Source: Candidatus Asgardarchaeum abyssi (GTDB lineage Archaea > Asgardarchaeota > Asgardarchaeia > Asgardarchaeales > Asgardarchaeaceae). Taken from it: a stretch of 64,000 bases of DNA. Made by a program: the position numbers and the translations under genes. How positions within the stretch are numbered: position 1 is the stretch's first letter; every line of letters begins with the position of its first letter. The notes under the pieces were generated by a model, which was not told the DNA's origin, did no database searches, and was given only the letters and a program-made list of their open reading frames with translations. Shown here in pieces: positions 1 through 10,336 of the stretch. The stretch is from contig JBECUL010000001.1 in assembly GCA_040225955.1 (NCBI GenBank), positions 39,452-103,451 of the forward strand, given 5' to 3'.

Positions 1-470
1 CCCATAGTGGTGAAAGATCTAATTGAAAATAAGCTTTTAGATCATATAGCAATCGACATAAAAGCACCACTTAGGGACGAAAGGAAATACAAGCAACTTA
101 CTGGTTGTCAAAAAATTACTGACTTCAAAAATGTTCTAAACTCCATAAGGGATACAATAGAACTTTCTCTTAGAAGAATAGAGTTTGTAGAGCTAAGAAC
201 CACTATCATCCCTGAAATGTTAAAGAGGGTTGATGTTCTTGATATCATCAAAGATGTAAAAGATTTAGTTTCTTATATAAGTTCAATAATAGAGTGGCTT
301 ATGTTTTACAACAATTTATGCCTAGCGATACTATGATAAATAGGGCTTTTAGAGAACTTCCAAAGACCGATTTAAAACTACTGTATGATTTAGCACATGT
401 TGCAAAAAACAAAATTAAAGATATTGAAATTTATATTAGGGCTCAAGAGATTGGAATTCTTAAAATTTAG
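1..470 (+). CDS. nrdG: Anaerobic ribonucleotide reductase-activating-type radical SAM protein, C-terminal part (5' truncated by window; -1 frameshift near 270-290)
   Basis: DHIAIDIKAPL and VELRTTIIP motifs; frame 3 continues as RVAYVLQQFMPSDT...IYIRAQEIGILKI* (TAG 468-470), containing the family-typical YVLQQF. Confidence 0.7.
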
Positions 471-502
471 AGTCCTATTTAAACTTAAAGGAGTTTTTAA
501 GG

Positions 503-2568
503 CTATAGGCACTTATAGTGAGACTCAAAGCCGTAAGAGAGAATATCATACAACTCGTGTAGTATACTTTCTGGATTCTTAATTTTGATTGCATTAAGTA
601 TCGATGTATCGAGTTTATATCTATATTTATCATATAGCTGATCCCAAAGAGGAGGAAGGGGCTTCTGTATGATATTATCAATATTTCGAACTATTTGCAT
701 AGCACAGTAATTCTCAATAGAGTTTACATTAATTAAAGGTAATTCTAAATAATCATTCTCGACAAACCTCGTCCAAGTATCTGATATCCTTCTTCCTAGT
801 AGTATTAGCGTTGAAATAAAGATCGTGCTATTAAACCAACTAGTAATTATTTTTGAGGTAATGCCATCGTGATCCTTAATTATGTAAAAGTTCTTTGACG
901 CAGAAATATTTTCTTTTGAGTAATTTGCAAATACGCCTCTCTGCTTAAATGATAAATCAACTTTATCAGGGATAAAAACATGACCAAACGGCTTCTTACT
1001 CCTTATCTGTTTATATGTATGACTATACCAGTATGCACCATATGCATTAATAGCTGGCTTCGCTGATCCAGAAAGCATTCCCCATTTGATATAATATTGT
1101 AAGTCTTTAGGCAGTTCATTGATTTCAACTAGGGGAATTGAGAGAGCATAGCTATTTGATGTTATTTCAATAGAATTACTATAAAGACTGGGTTTTCTAA
1201 GAGTTTTTACTAGAAATTTCTTATTTATTTCCAAACAATCTTTATTTTTGAGATTACTAATAACTATACTCTCCCGATCATCCTCTATAATCTTCCAATA
1301 CTTATTTGGTATAAAAAAGAAGTCTGGACCATACATTTCTACCCTCTAACGATGCTTCTATTGCCTAAAATCTCATTCCCAAATCCTAAAGTGCCATTTT
1401 TTAATCCTTGGTTGAAAATATTTACTACTATTTTCCTAAACTTTTTATTTTCCAAAAGTGAAAGCCAGTTGGTATCTATAAATCCTGGGAGATTATAGAT
1501 GTTAATTAGGTAATCGTCTATGTTATGTGAGTCTTTCCTCATAATAATTCTTGCAACGTCCTTTTCTGCACCATTTAATCTCATGAAAACTGTTTCTGTG
1601 TTTCTATTAACTTCTTTTATAGCAACTATTATGACTTCTTTAAATCCGCTATCTTCCGAAAATGATATCTTAGACGTGTGATCTATAAATCCCAATAAGG
1701 TATATTTTTCCCTTAGAAGTTTTTTATATCCTCTACCATACAGCGTATAAAAAGTTGAGGCAGGAAGAACTGCTGCAAGTAAACCATTATCATTCAGAAT
1801 AAAGTCTGCTAGAAACATTGATAATACTTGCAAGCCTGTTTCTCTTCGGGTTAAGTATCTTTCATAGCCTAATTTCATTATTATCTCAAGTATGTGATCT
1901 CTGTAATTTCTATCCAAATGCAACCATCTAGTAAATGGTGGATTGGTTAGGATGGCATCTGCTTTCGGAATAGGTGAAGTGGAGGATAAAAAGAGCTTTG
2001 GAATTACTTTAAAAGAGTCACCTACAATAATTGTAACTTTTTCCATTTCTCCATTTATAGCTTCTAAAATAGATGCATACGCTACTAATGCAGATAGGGG
2101 GAATTTCTCAATACCCCACACTTTCTGTATTCTACTTGCACCAATTTTTTGAATAGCGGTTGTTAGTGTTCTTGCAGATCCTACAAAAGGATCAGCGAGG
2201 ACTACACTTTTCTTCTTACGCTCCTTGAGGAATTCATAAGTTATGTTTGCCATTAAGTTTACTCCTTCATTGACTGTATAAAATGCAGCTAATCTCTTTC
2301 TCTTTTTCTCGGGTATGACTTTTTGAACTTCAGTCTGGCACTCTCTAATCGAATATTTAATTTTCTTTATTTCTTCTTTAATAAGATCTATCTCTTTAGA
2401 GCTTAACTTATTAAAGTTTGATAAAACTGGAAGTTTTGATTCTTTTAATGACTCAATATCACTTTTTAGGTATTTCAGTATTGCTTTTAGACAAGTTACA
2501 AGTATCTTAAAGCTTTTTGGTGTGGGCTCTATGCCCATTTTTACTAATATCTCTGCTTTTTTATTCAT
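503..2568 (-). CDS. N6-adenine DNA methyltransferase with C-terminal target-recognition region; split into ORFs 1339-2568 and 503-1336 by a 1-nt deletion
   Basis: Motif I variant LADPFVGSA, motif IV ILTNPPF, AFYT; adding one G to the minus-strand GGG at 1342-1344 gives continuous ...SIVRGVEMYGPDFF... Confidence 0.8.
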
Positions 2569-2789
2569 TTTAACACCTTATTTTGCGATATTCTCTACTA
2601 CATAATATATAAGACACTCATGACAATTAAGTATGAATATCATCAGTACTTCCGTACTATTTTCGAAATAAATATGCTCCTAGACACCAAGATTCGCCTC
2701 AGTCCCCATGAAATTTCGAAATCCCAATAAATAATTTTCACAGCCAATACGGATTTTTCACCTAATTAGTGCGGGAGTACTGCTCATGC

Positions 2790-2810
2790 AAAAATAAAAA
2801 ATAAAAAAAA
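2790..2810 (-). terminator. T-rich archaeal terminator after adenine deaminase
   Basis: A-tract on + (T-tract on -) directly after the stop codon at 2811. Confidence 0.5.
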
Positions 2811-4592
2811 TTAGATATATTCTATGACTGGAGAGATGAGTTTTTGCTTCATAACATCTACGAATCCTTTATCTGTAATAGCATAGAGTGGAATTGCTGC
2901 TAGTGGAATGAATATCAAGAACATAAATGGATGATAAATTGTTGAACCTAATTTGTGCGTAGCTTCTTTGAGCTTTTCAACTTTATCTGCAACAACCTCA
3001 GGTGGCTCATCTGACATTAATCCTGCAATTGGAAGTGACAGTTCTGCTAAAATTTCTCCATTCTTTACAACTACTTGTCCTCCTTGTAACTCTGCAACCC
3101 TATTTACAGCGTGTGCCATATCTTCTAAGTTTGTCCCTAATACGACAATATTATGATTATCATGAGCCATGCTTGAAGCAAAAGCACCCTCCTTTAGGTT
3201 AAAGCCTCTTATAAAGGCGCTTCCCACATCACCAGTTTTTCCGTGACGTTCTATAACTGAAATTTGAGCTAGATCTCTTGATGGATCAGGATAAACTACA
3301 CCATCTTTGATTTCAAAGACATCCTCATCATGCTCTACTATTGGAATTGTAGGAGGTACTTTCATGACAATTAGTTTGACTTTACCACTACTCTTCTCAA
3401 CTCTAAATTTCAGATCATCAGGCTCTATTTTCTTCTTCAATTTTACTGTATTAAGAAGCACGGGGTCATGTTCAGGCAATGGAAAATCTTTAACCATCTT
3501 TCCATCTTTAGCGACCATTTCGCCATTAGCTATTACCGTTTTAACATTGAATTTTTCTAAATCATCAACTAGCAGAATATCAGCGTATCTTCCAGGAGTT
3601 AATGAGCCAACTTCATAGTCAACACGATAGTTCTCAGCTGTGTTAATAGTAACCATCTGAATAGCTGTTATTGGATCCACACCCTCCTCAATGGCTCTCC
3701 TTATCAAGTGATCAAGATGACCATCTTTGAGTAGATCAGGAGCGTCTACATCATCCGTAATCATAATTGCGTATCTAGGATCCACCTTTTTCTCGGTAAT
3801 AACTTTAATAGTTTCATGTAGGTTTTTAGCAACTGAGCCTTCTCGCATCATTAATCGAATTCCATTTCTAATCCTTTGCCAAGCCTCTTCAGTTGTGAAT
3901 GATTCGTGATCTGAACGAATACCAAAAACAGCATAAGCAGATAACATAGCATCCTTTAATGTAGGAGCGTGCCCTTCAAGAGTCACTTTTGCATTTTTAG
4001 CATATTCTATTGCCTTTAAATAGCTGGGATCGCCCATCAGAACATTCATCGCAACAATTTCACTTAATCCTACTGCGTTAGGAATTTGTAATAATTCTTT
4101 TACATCTTCAGGTCCTAACTCACCACCCGTTGTTTCAAGACCTGGATGAAAAGGTATTTTAACTGGAACTATAAAATAGAGTTTCAGTGGGGTTTTATTT
4201 GCTTCATCTATCGTTGCTTTAATTCCTTTTACACCTGAGACTATTCCCACCTCATGGAAATCACACATAACTGCTGTGGTACCATGAGGCATTACAGCTT
4301 GAGCAAAACGAGCGTAGCTTAAGAGACTAGTTTCTACATGAACATGACCATCAATTAAGCCTGGAACAATATATGCTCCGTTTGCATCAATAACTTTTGT
4401 GTTATCACCTACTGTGTAGTCAACATTACCTATTGCTGCAATTCTTTTTCCTGTTACTGCTATACCACCTTCAAAAGTCTCCCTAGTTATAGTATTGACG
4501 ATGACACCATTTTTTATAACAAGGTCGGCAGAGCGCTTACCTAATGCTGTTAAAACTACATCTTGAATATTTTCCACACCTAACCACTCCAC
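2811..4592 (-). CDS. ade: Adenine deaminase (amidohydrolase family)
   Basis: PGLIDGHVHVETS, EGHAP, SDHE, REGS, ITDD, AHDNHN motifs; 593 aa. Confidence 0.93.
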   Translation of the reverse strand: MEWLGVENIQDVVLTALGKRSADLVIKNGVIVNTITRETFEGGIAVTGKRIAAIGNVDYTVGDNTKVIDANGAYIVPGLIDGHVHVETSLLSYARFAQAVMPHGTTAVMCDFHEVGIVSGVKGIKATIDEANKTPLKLYFIVPVKIPFHPGLETTGGELGPEDVKELLQIPNAVGLSEIVAMNVLMGDPSYLKAIEYAKNAKVTLEGHAPTLKDAMLSAYAVFGIRSDHESFTTEEAWQRIRNGIRLMMREGSVAKNLHETIKVITEKKVDPRYAIMITDDVDAPDLLKDGHLDHLIRRAIEEGVDPITAIQMVTINTAENYRVDYEVGSLTPGRYADILLVDDLEKFNVKTVIANGEMVAKDGKMVKDFPLPEHDPVLLNTVKLKKKIEPDDLKFRVEKSSGKVKLIVMKVPPTIPIVEHDEDVFEIKDGVVYPDPSRDLAQISVIERHGKTGDVGSAFIRGFNLKEGAFASSMAHDNHNIVVLGTNLEDMAHAVNRVAELQGGQVVVKNGEILAELSLPIAGLMSDEPPEVVADKVEKLKEATHKLGSTIYHPFMFLIFIPLAAIPLYAITDKGFVDVMKQKLISPVIEYI

Positions 4593-4672
4593 AGATATTT
4601 ATAAAAGTTAGAATTATAGAAGTATTTAAAATTTTGTACTAAATCGCTATAGAAGCCGCCTATGAGATTAAC

Positions 4673-5884
4673 TTATGGCCCGATGTGACCTATTACCGTC
4701 TGGACAATCACTTTCTTTAATCCCGTACTTTCCAACACCTTTTTTACTTTGAGCATTTCCTCAGGAGAGGGTTGTTTTATATTTAATCTTCTAAATTCTG
4801 GTCTGTAATCAAGTACGCATACTTGTAAATCGGGATCTATAGAACAGAGCTTATCTCCAATTTTGTATAACTCGTCCATTGTGGGATAGAAAAACTTATT
4901 GTATGGAATTCCTACGCCCATAAAAACGCGTTCTGGATAATAATTATCAGCTATATATTTCACTGCGTTCCATTCCGTATTTAGATATTTTTCTGCTAGT
5001 TCTCTATCTTCAATATTTGTTATTAGCTGAAAAGTTTCAACACGTAATCCCTTTAAGTCAGGACCTATATCTGTAATACCAGCATCCAAGATTAGTTCAT
5101 CAATGTAATCCTTAGTAAGGATTGTTGCATTTGTGTCTAAATGGAAGCGAGCTTTCTCATCTTTATTTAGTTTTCTCAATTCCTTGAAAAATTGAATTAA
5201 CCATCTCCTATTTATAGTAGGCTCGCCACCACTGATAGCCATCCTATCAACATGATAGTAATGTCTTATTGAGGTTAATATTTTTGCAGCTTCTTGAGGT
5301 GTCATTGGCTTTACTGAGCTATTATATGTCACAAAATAATTCTGACATGTTGGGCAACGTAAATTACAACCAGCGGTAAAACAAGCAACTTCTACGTACT
5401 TGTATCCTTTGAGCCAATAGGGAGTGCCCACACCTCCAACTGTATGCGGAGAGAAACCTTCAACTCTTCTGAGTGGTACAGCTTTCTCAATATTAGTTGA
5501 TATAACCATGCCATCTTCTACACGAGTATGGCAGCTTGGCATTAATTTGCCATTAATTAAAACGGCACATGCAAAACAACCACCAGTATGACATGGAGCA
5601 AACAATTTATCTCTTTCGGGGTACTGAGAGAATGCATATCCGCATATCTCAAGAGCATCTTTAACCGTTATATACTCTGGGACCAAATATTCAACACCAT
5701 CAATAACGATCTTTATATTTTTTCTTGGATAATCATCAATAACGGGTTCTATCGCATTATAAGGGCATCCTAAATAGCAGGACATGCATGCTATACAATG
5801 CTCTTTGCTTGGACAAGAAATTACAGTTTCACAAAAGCCGCAGTTTCTGCATTTTTCCTTAATTTTAATATACTTTTTCATCAT
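4673..5884 (-). CDS. Radical SAM protein (PFL-activase-like) with N-terminal 4Fe-4S dicluster and 2Fe-2S ferredoxin domains
   Basis: CRNCGFC..C, CIACMSCYLGCP, CHTGGCFAC..C, radical SAM CNLRCPTC, SGGEP, DTN. Confidence 0.85.
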   Translation of the reverse strand: MMKKYIKIKEKCRNCGFCETVISCPSKEHCIACMSCYLGCPYNAIEPVIDDYPRKNIKIVIDGVEYLVPEYITVKDALEICGYAFSQYPERDKLFAPCHTGGCFACAVLINGKLMPSCHTRVEDGMVISTNIEKAVPLRRVEGFSPHTVGGVGTPYWLKGYKYVEVACFTAGCNLRCPTCQNYFVTYNSSVKPMTPQEAAKILTSIRHYYHVDRMAISGGEPTINRRWLIQFFKELRKLNKDEKARFHLDTNATILTKDYIDELILDAGITDIGPDLKGLRVETFQLITNIEDRELAEKYLNTEWNAVKYIADNYYPERVFMGVGIPYNKFFYPTMDELYKIGDKLCSIDPDLQVCVLDYRPEFRRLNIKQPSPEEMLKVKKVLESTGLKKVIVQTVIGHIGP

Positions 5885-6093
5885 ATTTCTCAAAAAGTTT
5901 AAATCTTGATACTTTAATAAGCTTTCTGTATATTAGAGGAGGAGGTGAGCATGAAAATTAGTGCACTTTCGATAATAATTATTAGTAAAATTAATAACTG
6001 TTTGGCAAAAAAGTTATATTTAATTATATGTGGAATGGTAAATAGTTTATTGTTTTTAGCGGGATGATCGATAACTCGACATGGGTGCTTTGA

Positions 6094-6978
6094 ATGATTT
6101 CAATTCTTTATGATGACAAAAGCATTTCGTGGTCCCTTATCACTTTGCTCAAGAAATTACCTATTGATGATATTATGATAGTTAATATTCCATCTACAGA
6201 CTTTACACTTAGAAGTGGAATTCATATATCACTAAGTTTTACCCGTTTAGTTAAGCGTTTGGCGCAGAAGAAAATAAGAAGTACGGGTCATTTTTCAAGC
6301 ATTCTTAGAGAGTTAGATATTTTGGATAGAGACATTCCAGATATAGATTTAGCATTGTGTATAGCACAGACATTATGGATGAAAAATGATCTAAGACTCC
6401 TTGAGTTCTATAAAAGAATTAGCCTGATCTTAAATATCAAATATAAATTATACACACTATTAGACCCCCCTCCCTCAATGTCAATAAAAACATCTCTAGG
6501 CGAGTTAGACCCTATTAGCTTCCGAAAATTAAGAAAAGTTCCAGACATCAAATCTATAGATTTTGTCAACTTAGACAAATCTAATATCATTAAGGAGACA
6601 AAAGAGGCTTTGCGACATAGTAGTAAAGTCTTATTATTTCAAACAACACCTTTATCAATGTATCTGCTTAAGTCAATAGGCGGTCTTAATAAAATGCTTG
6701 AGGAGTTTAAAGGAAGTATCATTTACCTTCTACCAAGGAGACTTTCCTCGTCTGATAAAGCTATTTTGAAAAAATTGGGATATGCTGAAGATATGGAAGG
6801 ACTTATTGATTTCTCTTGTGAAAGGGTAGATGTAATAATATTTGATGATAAGCATACCAACATAGTTGAAAATTCGTCAAAGTACAATGTAACGCTTTAT
6901 CCAATGTCCTACAATACTAATGATAAAGAAACATTAAAAAGATTTATTGATGATCTGCTTACGATTCTGTATAAGTAG
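6094..6978 (+). CDS. Divergent CofD/UPF0052-like protein
   Basis: IIVN-like N-terminus, DIDLALCIAQT, SIKTSLGEL, EALRHSSKVLL resemble CofD segments; Gly-rich catalytic loop not seen. Confidence 0.45.
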   Translation: MISILYDDKSISWSLITLLKKLPIDDIMIVNIPSTDFTLRSGIHISLSFTRLVKRLAQKKIRSTGHFSSILRELDILDRDIPDIDLALCIAQTLWMKNDLRLLEFYKRISLILNIKYKLYTLLDPPPSMSIKTSLGELDPISFRKLRKVPDIKSIDFVNLDKSNIIKETKEALRHSSKVLLFQTTPLSMYLLKSIGGLNKMLEEFKGSIIYLLPRRLSSSDKAILKKLGYAEDMEGLIDFSCERVDVIIFDDKHTNIVENSSKYNVTLYPMSYNTNDKETLKRFIDDLLTILYK

Positions 6979-6981
6979 AAG

Positions 6982-8307
6982 GTGCCCACTTTGAGGATAA
7001 TTCATATTGTCGTTCCTCGTGAACGTGCAGAAATAATGCAGACAATCTTAAATAAGCTGGGTGTCAGATTCTCTGTAATCAGCGATGAAAAAAACTCACT
7101 TTTTTTAGTTACAGAGCGAGATGAAAATGTTGAAATTGTAATTGATGAAATTAAAAAACTAGGAGTTGGAGATCTCTACGGGAGCTTTCAAGTTTATGCT
7201 CCAGAATATGCTAGTGGCGAGGTTGAGGTAAAAGTCAAAAGAATACCATCCAAGAGAGCATCTAGAGAGGAGATTCTTGCAGATGTTCAAGAATTGGCTA
7301 GATTAGATAGGAATTATATCCTATATAGCATATTGGCGGCTATGCTGGCAACCTTAGGACTATTAACAAATAATCTTGTTATCATTATTGCTTCCATGAT
7401 CATTGCTCCTTTCATAGGCCCGATCTTAGGCACCTCGCTAGGAATTGTACTTAACATTGACCAGTTAAGAAAAGAGAGTATGTTATCAGAATTTATAGGA
7501 ATTGGCCTATCAATATTGACTGGCTTTCTATTTTCAATGATCATGCCACACACAGTGCCAACAACTCAAATAATGCTTCGGGCACACCCAACCTATGTTG
7601 ATGTTCTTTTTGCTGTTGTGGCTGGATTTGCTGTGGCTATCAGTGTGGTTAGCGTAACATCTATGGCATTAGTTGGTGTAGCTATTGCTGCGTCGATACT
7701 ACCTCCAGCTGCAAATATCGGTATTGGATTAACTTTTCTTATAAAGGGATCACCATATGCATATGACATAATTTTTGGTTCTACCCTATTACTTGTAATA
7801 AACATTCTAGCAATAACTACAATGAGCATAGTGTTCTTCTGGTTCGAAGGCCTAACACCAGGTGAGTCAATAAGGAAAAAACTAATTGCTAGAAAGGTTG
7901 TTAAGAGAAGGTTAATTGCTGTTACCTTTGCATTAATCGTTGTTTTGGTTCCAATTATTCATTCCGCAGTAATTCACTACAAACAAGAGGAATTTGAAAG
8001 TAAAGTACGAAGCTCTGTAATTTCATATATTTCCGATAATTATCCTGATGTTGAAATCATAAACCTTGAAGTATCTTATATAGAGAGTAAGAATGTAACC
8101 TACATTTATTTGACTATTGGTGTGAATAATGTAAGTCAATCACTAAACAACATAGCAAGCGATATAGCTGAATATATTGAAAATGAATACCATGTAAAAG
8201 CTAAAGTTTATGTTAGCATATCACTTACCAATGGTTTCTCTAGTACATTCAGTTATCCAAAAGCAAATCTTATGAGACACTACAAAATCGCTATGCTAAA
8301 CTCTTAG
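6982..8307 (+). CDS. TIGR00341/DUF389 family membrane protein
   Basis: IIIASMIIAPFIGPI and LVGVAIAASILPPA signature segments; multiple TM helices. Confidence 0.88.
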   Translation: MPTLRIIHIVVPRERAEIMQTILNKLGVRFSVISDEKNSLFLVTERDENVEIVIDEIKKLGVGDLYGSFQVYAPEYASGEVEVKVKRIPSKRASREEILADVQELARLDRNYILYSILAAMLATLGLLTNNLVIIIASMIIAPFIGPILGTSLGIVLNIDQLRKESMLSEFIGIGLSILTGFLFSMIMPHTVPTTQIMLRAHPTYVDVLFAVVAGFAVAISVVSVTSMALVGVAIAASILPPAANIGIGLTFLIKGSPYAYDIIFGSTLLLVINILAITTMSIVFFWFEGLTPGESIRKKLIARKVVKRRLIAVTFALIVVLVPIIHSAVIHYKQEEFESKVRSSVISYISDNYPDVEIINLEVSYIESKNVTYIYLTIGVNNVSQSLNNIASDIAEYIENEYHVKAKVYVSISLTNGFSSTFSYPKANLMRHYKIAMLNS

Positions 8308-9652
8308 AGAGTATATCTTTAGCATCGTCAAGTCTGGAGAAGACAAATGGAACAATAAGTTCTTGCAATGTTAAAGAGCCATGAGTTGCCTTAAGCTCAC
8401 GTGGTATAATTTCCTCTTTTTTATTTTCATCCGTTTTAACTTTCAAACTCGCGTTTTCATAAAAGATGACTTGAACATTACCAATTCTTGTAATAACGCG
8501 ATCTTTATTTTGAATAGTTAACTTAGGATAAAGTTTGTTAATTTTGTCTTTGGTCTCGATAACGATTCCGTTCCCATTAATTTTCTCACCAATCCAATTA
8601 ATGAAGGTATTAATGTACTCATCCTTAACATAAAAATGGTATACGCGTCCACTCACACCAGGGGGATATTTAAGCCAATCCTTTATTTCATCAATTTCAT
8701 CTTTCTCAATGACCACTCTCTTTTCCTCATGCAAATCAACTTGCCCATGATCCGCGAATATGAAAAGAGAAGCCTTTTTGAGTATGCTATCATTTAAAGA
8801 TTTCAAAAGCCACCACAGGTGTTGTTCTATTACTCTCATCTGAAATTTGTATTCATCGCTATATGGCCCGTAAAGATGAGCAATCTCGTCCAACTCGGCC
8901 AAATAAACCTCAATAAATATTTTCTTCTCTGAATATTTTTCTAAGATTTGCTTAATTATTGCCATGCAGTCGACTAACGTATCAAAACCCACAACGTAAT
9001 TAAAGTCGTCAATCAGAAACCAACTGAGCCCCCTTTTTGAAATTCTTTTAAGGAGCACTTTAGCTCTCATAAAATCGTCATCAGCAATTATGTTATCAAA
9101 GATCATTGAGTTCCATAGAAATTTTCTAACATTGACACCAACCATCGGTAAGGCATCAATAACTTTATAATTTGGCGTTAACATTGCTATTGTATCAACG
9201 ATATTTCCAATCTCGTCGATGTATATCTTATGACCAAGAATACCATGCTCCTCAGGAGGAGATGCCGTAGCTATTGATGTCAAAACAGCAGGAGTTATTG
9301 TTGGGAAAATGGAGGATAATAAAATACCAGAGTCGTGTTCAAACATTTTTGTAAGAAGTATCGACTGGCTGATATTCCTATAACCTATTGTATCTATGAG
9401 AAAGGATATAACATATTTTGAGTCCAAAACTTCTCTATCGTCTAATACTTTTTTAATCTCTCTCTTTGTCAAGAGGCTATCTTTATTCTTTACATTTACC
9501 CCTTCCACCGCTAATAAACTTGTAGATAAGGCTTTGTAAACATTGTACTCATAGTTAGGGAGAAATAATTTTTCAGTCCTAAGTAAAGGTTTAACTAGAC
9601 GCCTCGCCTGCTTCTCTATGTTTGATAACTCCAATTTCTTCACCATTATCAT
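8291..9652 (-). CDS. Alkaline phosphatase superfamily nucleotide pyrophosphatase/phosphodiesterase
   Basis: LIDTIG, SIFPTIT, HGILGH, DEIAHLYGP, FADHGQ, HGSLT metal-binding motifs. Confidence 0.88.
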   Translation of the reverse strand: MIMVKKLELSNIEKQARRLVKPLLRTEKLFLPNYEYNVYKALSTSLLAVEGVNVKNKDSLLTKREIKKVLDDREVLDSKYVISFLIDTIGYRNISQSILLTKMFEHDSGILLSSIFPTITPAVLTSIATASPPEEHGILGHKIYIDEIGNIVDTIAMLTPNYKVIDALPMVGVNVRKFLWNSMIFDNIIADDDFMRAKVLLKRISKRGLSWFLIDDFNYVVGFDTLVDCMAIIKQILEKYSEKKIFIEVYLAELDEIAHLYGPYSDEYKFQMRVIEQHLWWLLKSLNDSILKKASLFIFADHGQVDLHEEKRVVIEKDEIDEIKDWLKYPPGVSGRVYHFYVKDEYINTFINWIGEKINGNGIVIETKDKINKLYPKLTIQNKDRVITRIGNVQVIFYENASLKVKTDENKKEEIIPRELKATHGSLTLQELIVPFVFSRLDDAKDILSKSLA

Positions 9653-10336
9653 TTATAACCAGTTTTAGTACAGTTTATTTAACTAAAATCGTTTGTCCTC
9701 AAAACATCAATATAGTTTCCTTCCTCATCTAAAAATATTTTCACAAGCTCGTACTTTATAAAAAATATTATTAAAATGACCTAATATAGCTGTTGGGAAA
9801 CATCATAAAAATGGAAAAGAAATTATTATTGTTGCATGGCTATATATTTTTCTAAGACAGCTTTGAAGGCCAAATTTATTATCATTTATCTTCACTCACT
9901 AAAAAACTTATTTATTAAATTTTTACAAGGCTCATACTATCTAGTACTTTACTTTTAGTTTATTTTGCAAAAGTAGAGTGAGCCTATTCTATATAATTGG
10001 AAAACAAATAGGCCCTACCCACCCTACTTTGCCGTACTTATTAGTCATTAAATAACAATTTATATAGTACTATTATACATAGTGTTGAATCTTATTTATA
10101 TCATTTTAATCTAATTATCTTGTGAAAGAGTCTTAAATAATTTACTTTAGTTCAAAAATCAAGGATCTATCGTATGAGATTCTGGTTTGTGTCATTTCAA
10201 AGAAATATGATAAGAAAACAAAAAATAATAAAATTATATTATCATGTATAATTTTTTTCAAAAATTGAGATATCATTTTACCATTATTTACATATATTTT
10301 TATACTAAATTTAGATTTTTTCAATTGGTGAGTTTT

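Noticed and set aside
1342-1344. Phase variation of the DNA methyltransferase
   Set aside because: A 3-4 nt G run is too short for a typical contingency tract, and similar indels occur in unrelated genes
2640-2790. C/D-box sRNA or structured RNA (AGTAC-GGAA-GTACT hairpin and TGATGA on minus strand)
   Set aside because: No properly placed D box; stems are short
10244-10336. N-terminal extension of the oxidoreductase given by the ORF track
   Set aside because: AT-rich promoter-like sequence; a better start with SD is at 10337
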